From NCBI RefSeq assembly GCF_001194135.2, contig NC_069002.1, positions 19,507,985-19,571,306 of the forward strand: a stretch of DNA of 63,322 nucleotides, read 5' to 3'. Below are positions 62,366 through 63,322 of this stretch, in pieces (the stretch's first letter is position 1; each line of letters begins with the position of its first letter). The notes under the pieces were generated by a model, which was given only the letters and a program-made list of their open reading frames with translations, was not told the origin of the DNA and did no database searches. The stretch is from Octopus bimaculoides. Taxonomy: Eukaryota. The position numbers were made by a program, and so were the translations under genes.

Positions 62366-63162
62366 ATCTCTCGTTCACCCTTGTTGCCAGGGAGTTGTTT
62401 AACACCAGATTTCCTCTACTCAATCACACATCCACTCAAAGATTACAGGCAACTAGCCTATTTTTTTAATGTCTATATGCAAATGGAGACTGAAACACAT
62501 GACCATATATATACACACACATTTTACTTCGCACAAAGACACATATGGAGACACGTGTCCACACATATAGAGATGCACATCCATACATACAAACATGGTA
62601 CATAGTTGCAAAACACACACACACATACAGACATGCTCACACAAGGAGACAGAGATGCATACATGTACAAACACGTGCTTTAATGAAGATGGAAAAATAA
62701 CAAAATGTGACAAAATGTGAGAAAAGTGGGAGAAGAATCTCACGTATTTTTTTATGTAGGGTATAAGATAGACAAAAGAGTAAGAAATAAAAAAGAAAAA
62801 CAGGGAAGTTATTTTATATTGTATTCTACGATATTCTTTTGGAATGTTATAATAACTATTATTATTTAGCATTTCAATGTGCTATGTTATATTTTCCATT
62901 GTTCAAAGAAAAACTATTAGGTATATAAAAAATTATAGTGCACTTCTGAAAGGAATTTACATTTTTATGCTTAAAACATGTTTAAAATATGAGGTAGTTT
63001 TCATTATCCGTTACAGTTTTCCAAAGTATAATTGTAATAATGAGTAATCTCCCTTTGTTCGTGTGGTTAAATTTTTTTCCTAGGGTTTTATGATGATGAA
63101 AAATATCATTTGTTTTACTTGAGAAGTATATTTATAAGATTTGTGGATAATGTATATCTATC

Positions 63163-63229
<67 letters not shown>

Positions 63230-63322
63230 TTGTTTGGAGGATGAGGCGTACATACATAAACACACACATGCACACACACAGACACACACACACACACACA
63301 CATACACAGATATATATATATA

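Overview
AT-rich, microsatellite-dense eukaryotic genomic DNA from a gapped draft assembly (about 14 N-runs). The SINE and LINE families look like an octopus or other cephalopod genome; this is recognition from memory, not a database search. The only host gene I can support is ERGIC1 (ER-Golgi intermediate compartment protein 1), seen as two + strand coding exons (4530-4654 and 53930-54043) separated by a 49,275-bp intron. The intron and flanks are packed with decayed mobile DNA. This includes many R4/Dong-like RLE non-LTR retrotransposon fragments whose 3' ends abut (AAT)n, a ~600-bp non-coding element inserted in the same repeats, and several Penelope-like element (PLE) remnants. There are also maT (DD37D) and mariner (DD34D) transposases, a Helitron helicase fragment, a probable solo LTR and at least three tRNA-derived SINE families. 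The most notable unexplained signal is a set of hammerhead-ribozyme-like motifs, the best at 27599-27660 (-) and 46164-46221 (+), associated with PLE-type sequence. Almost all ORFs in the supplied track are artefacts of microsatellites or N-gaps. There is no CRISPR array, rRNA or genuine tRNA gene.
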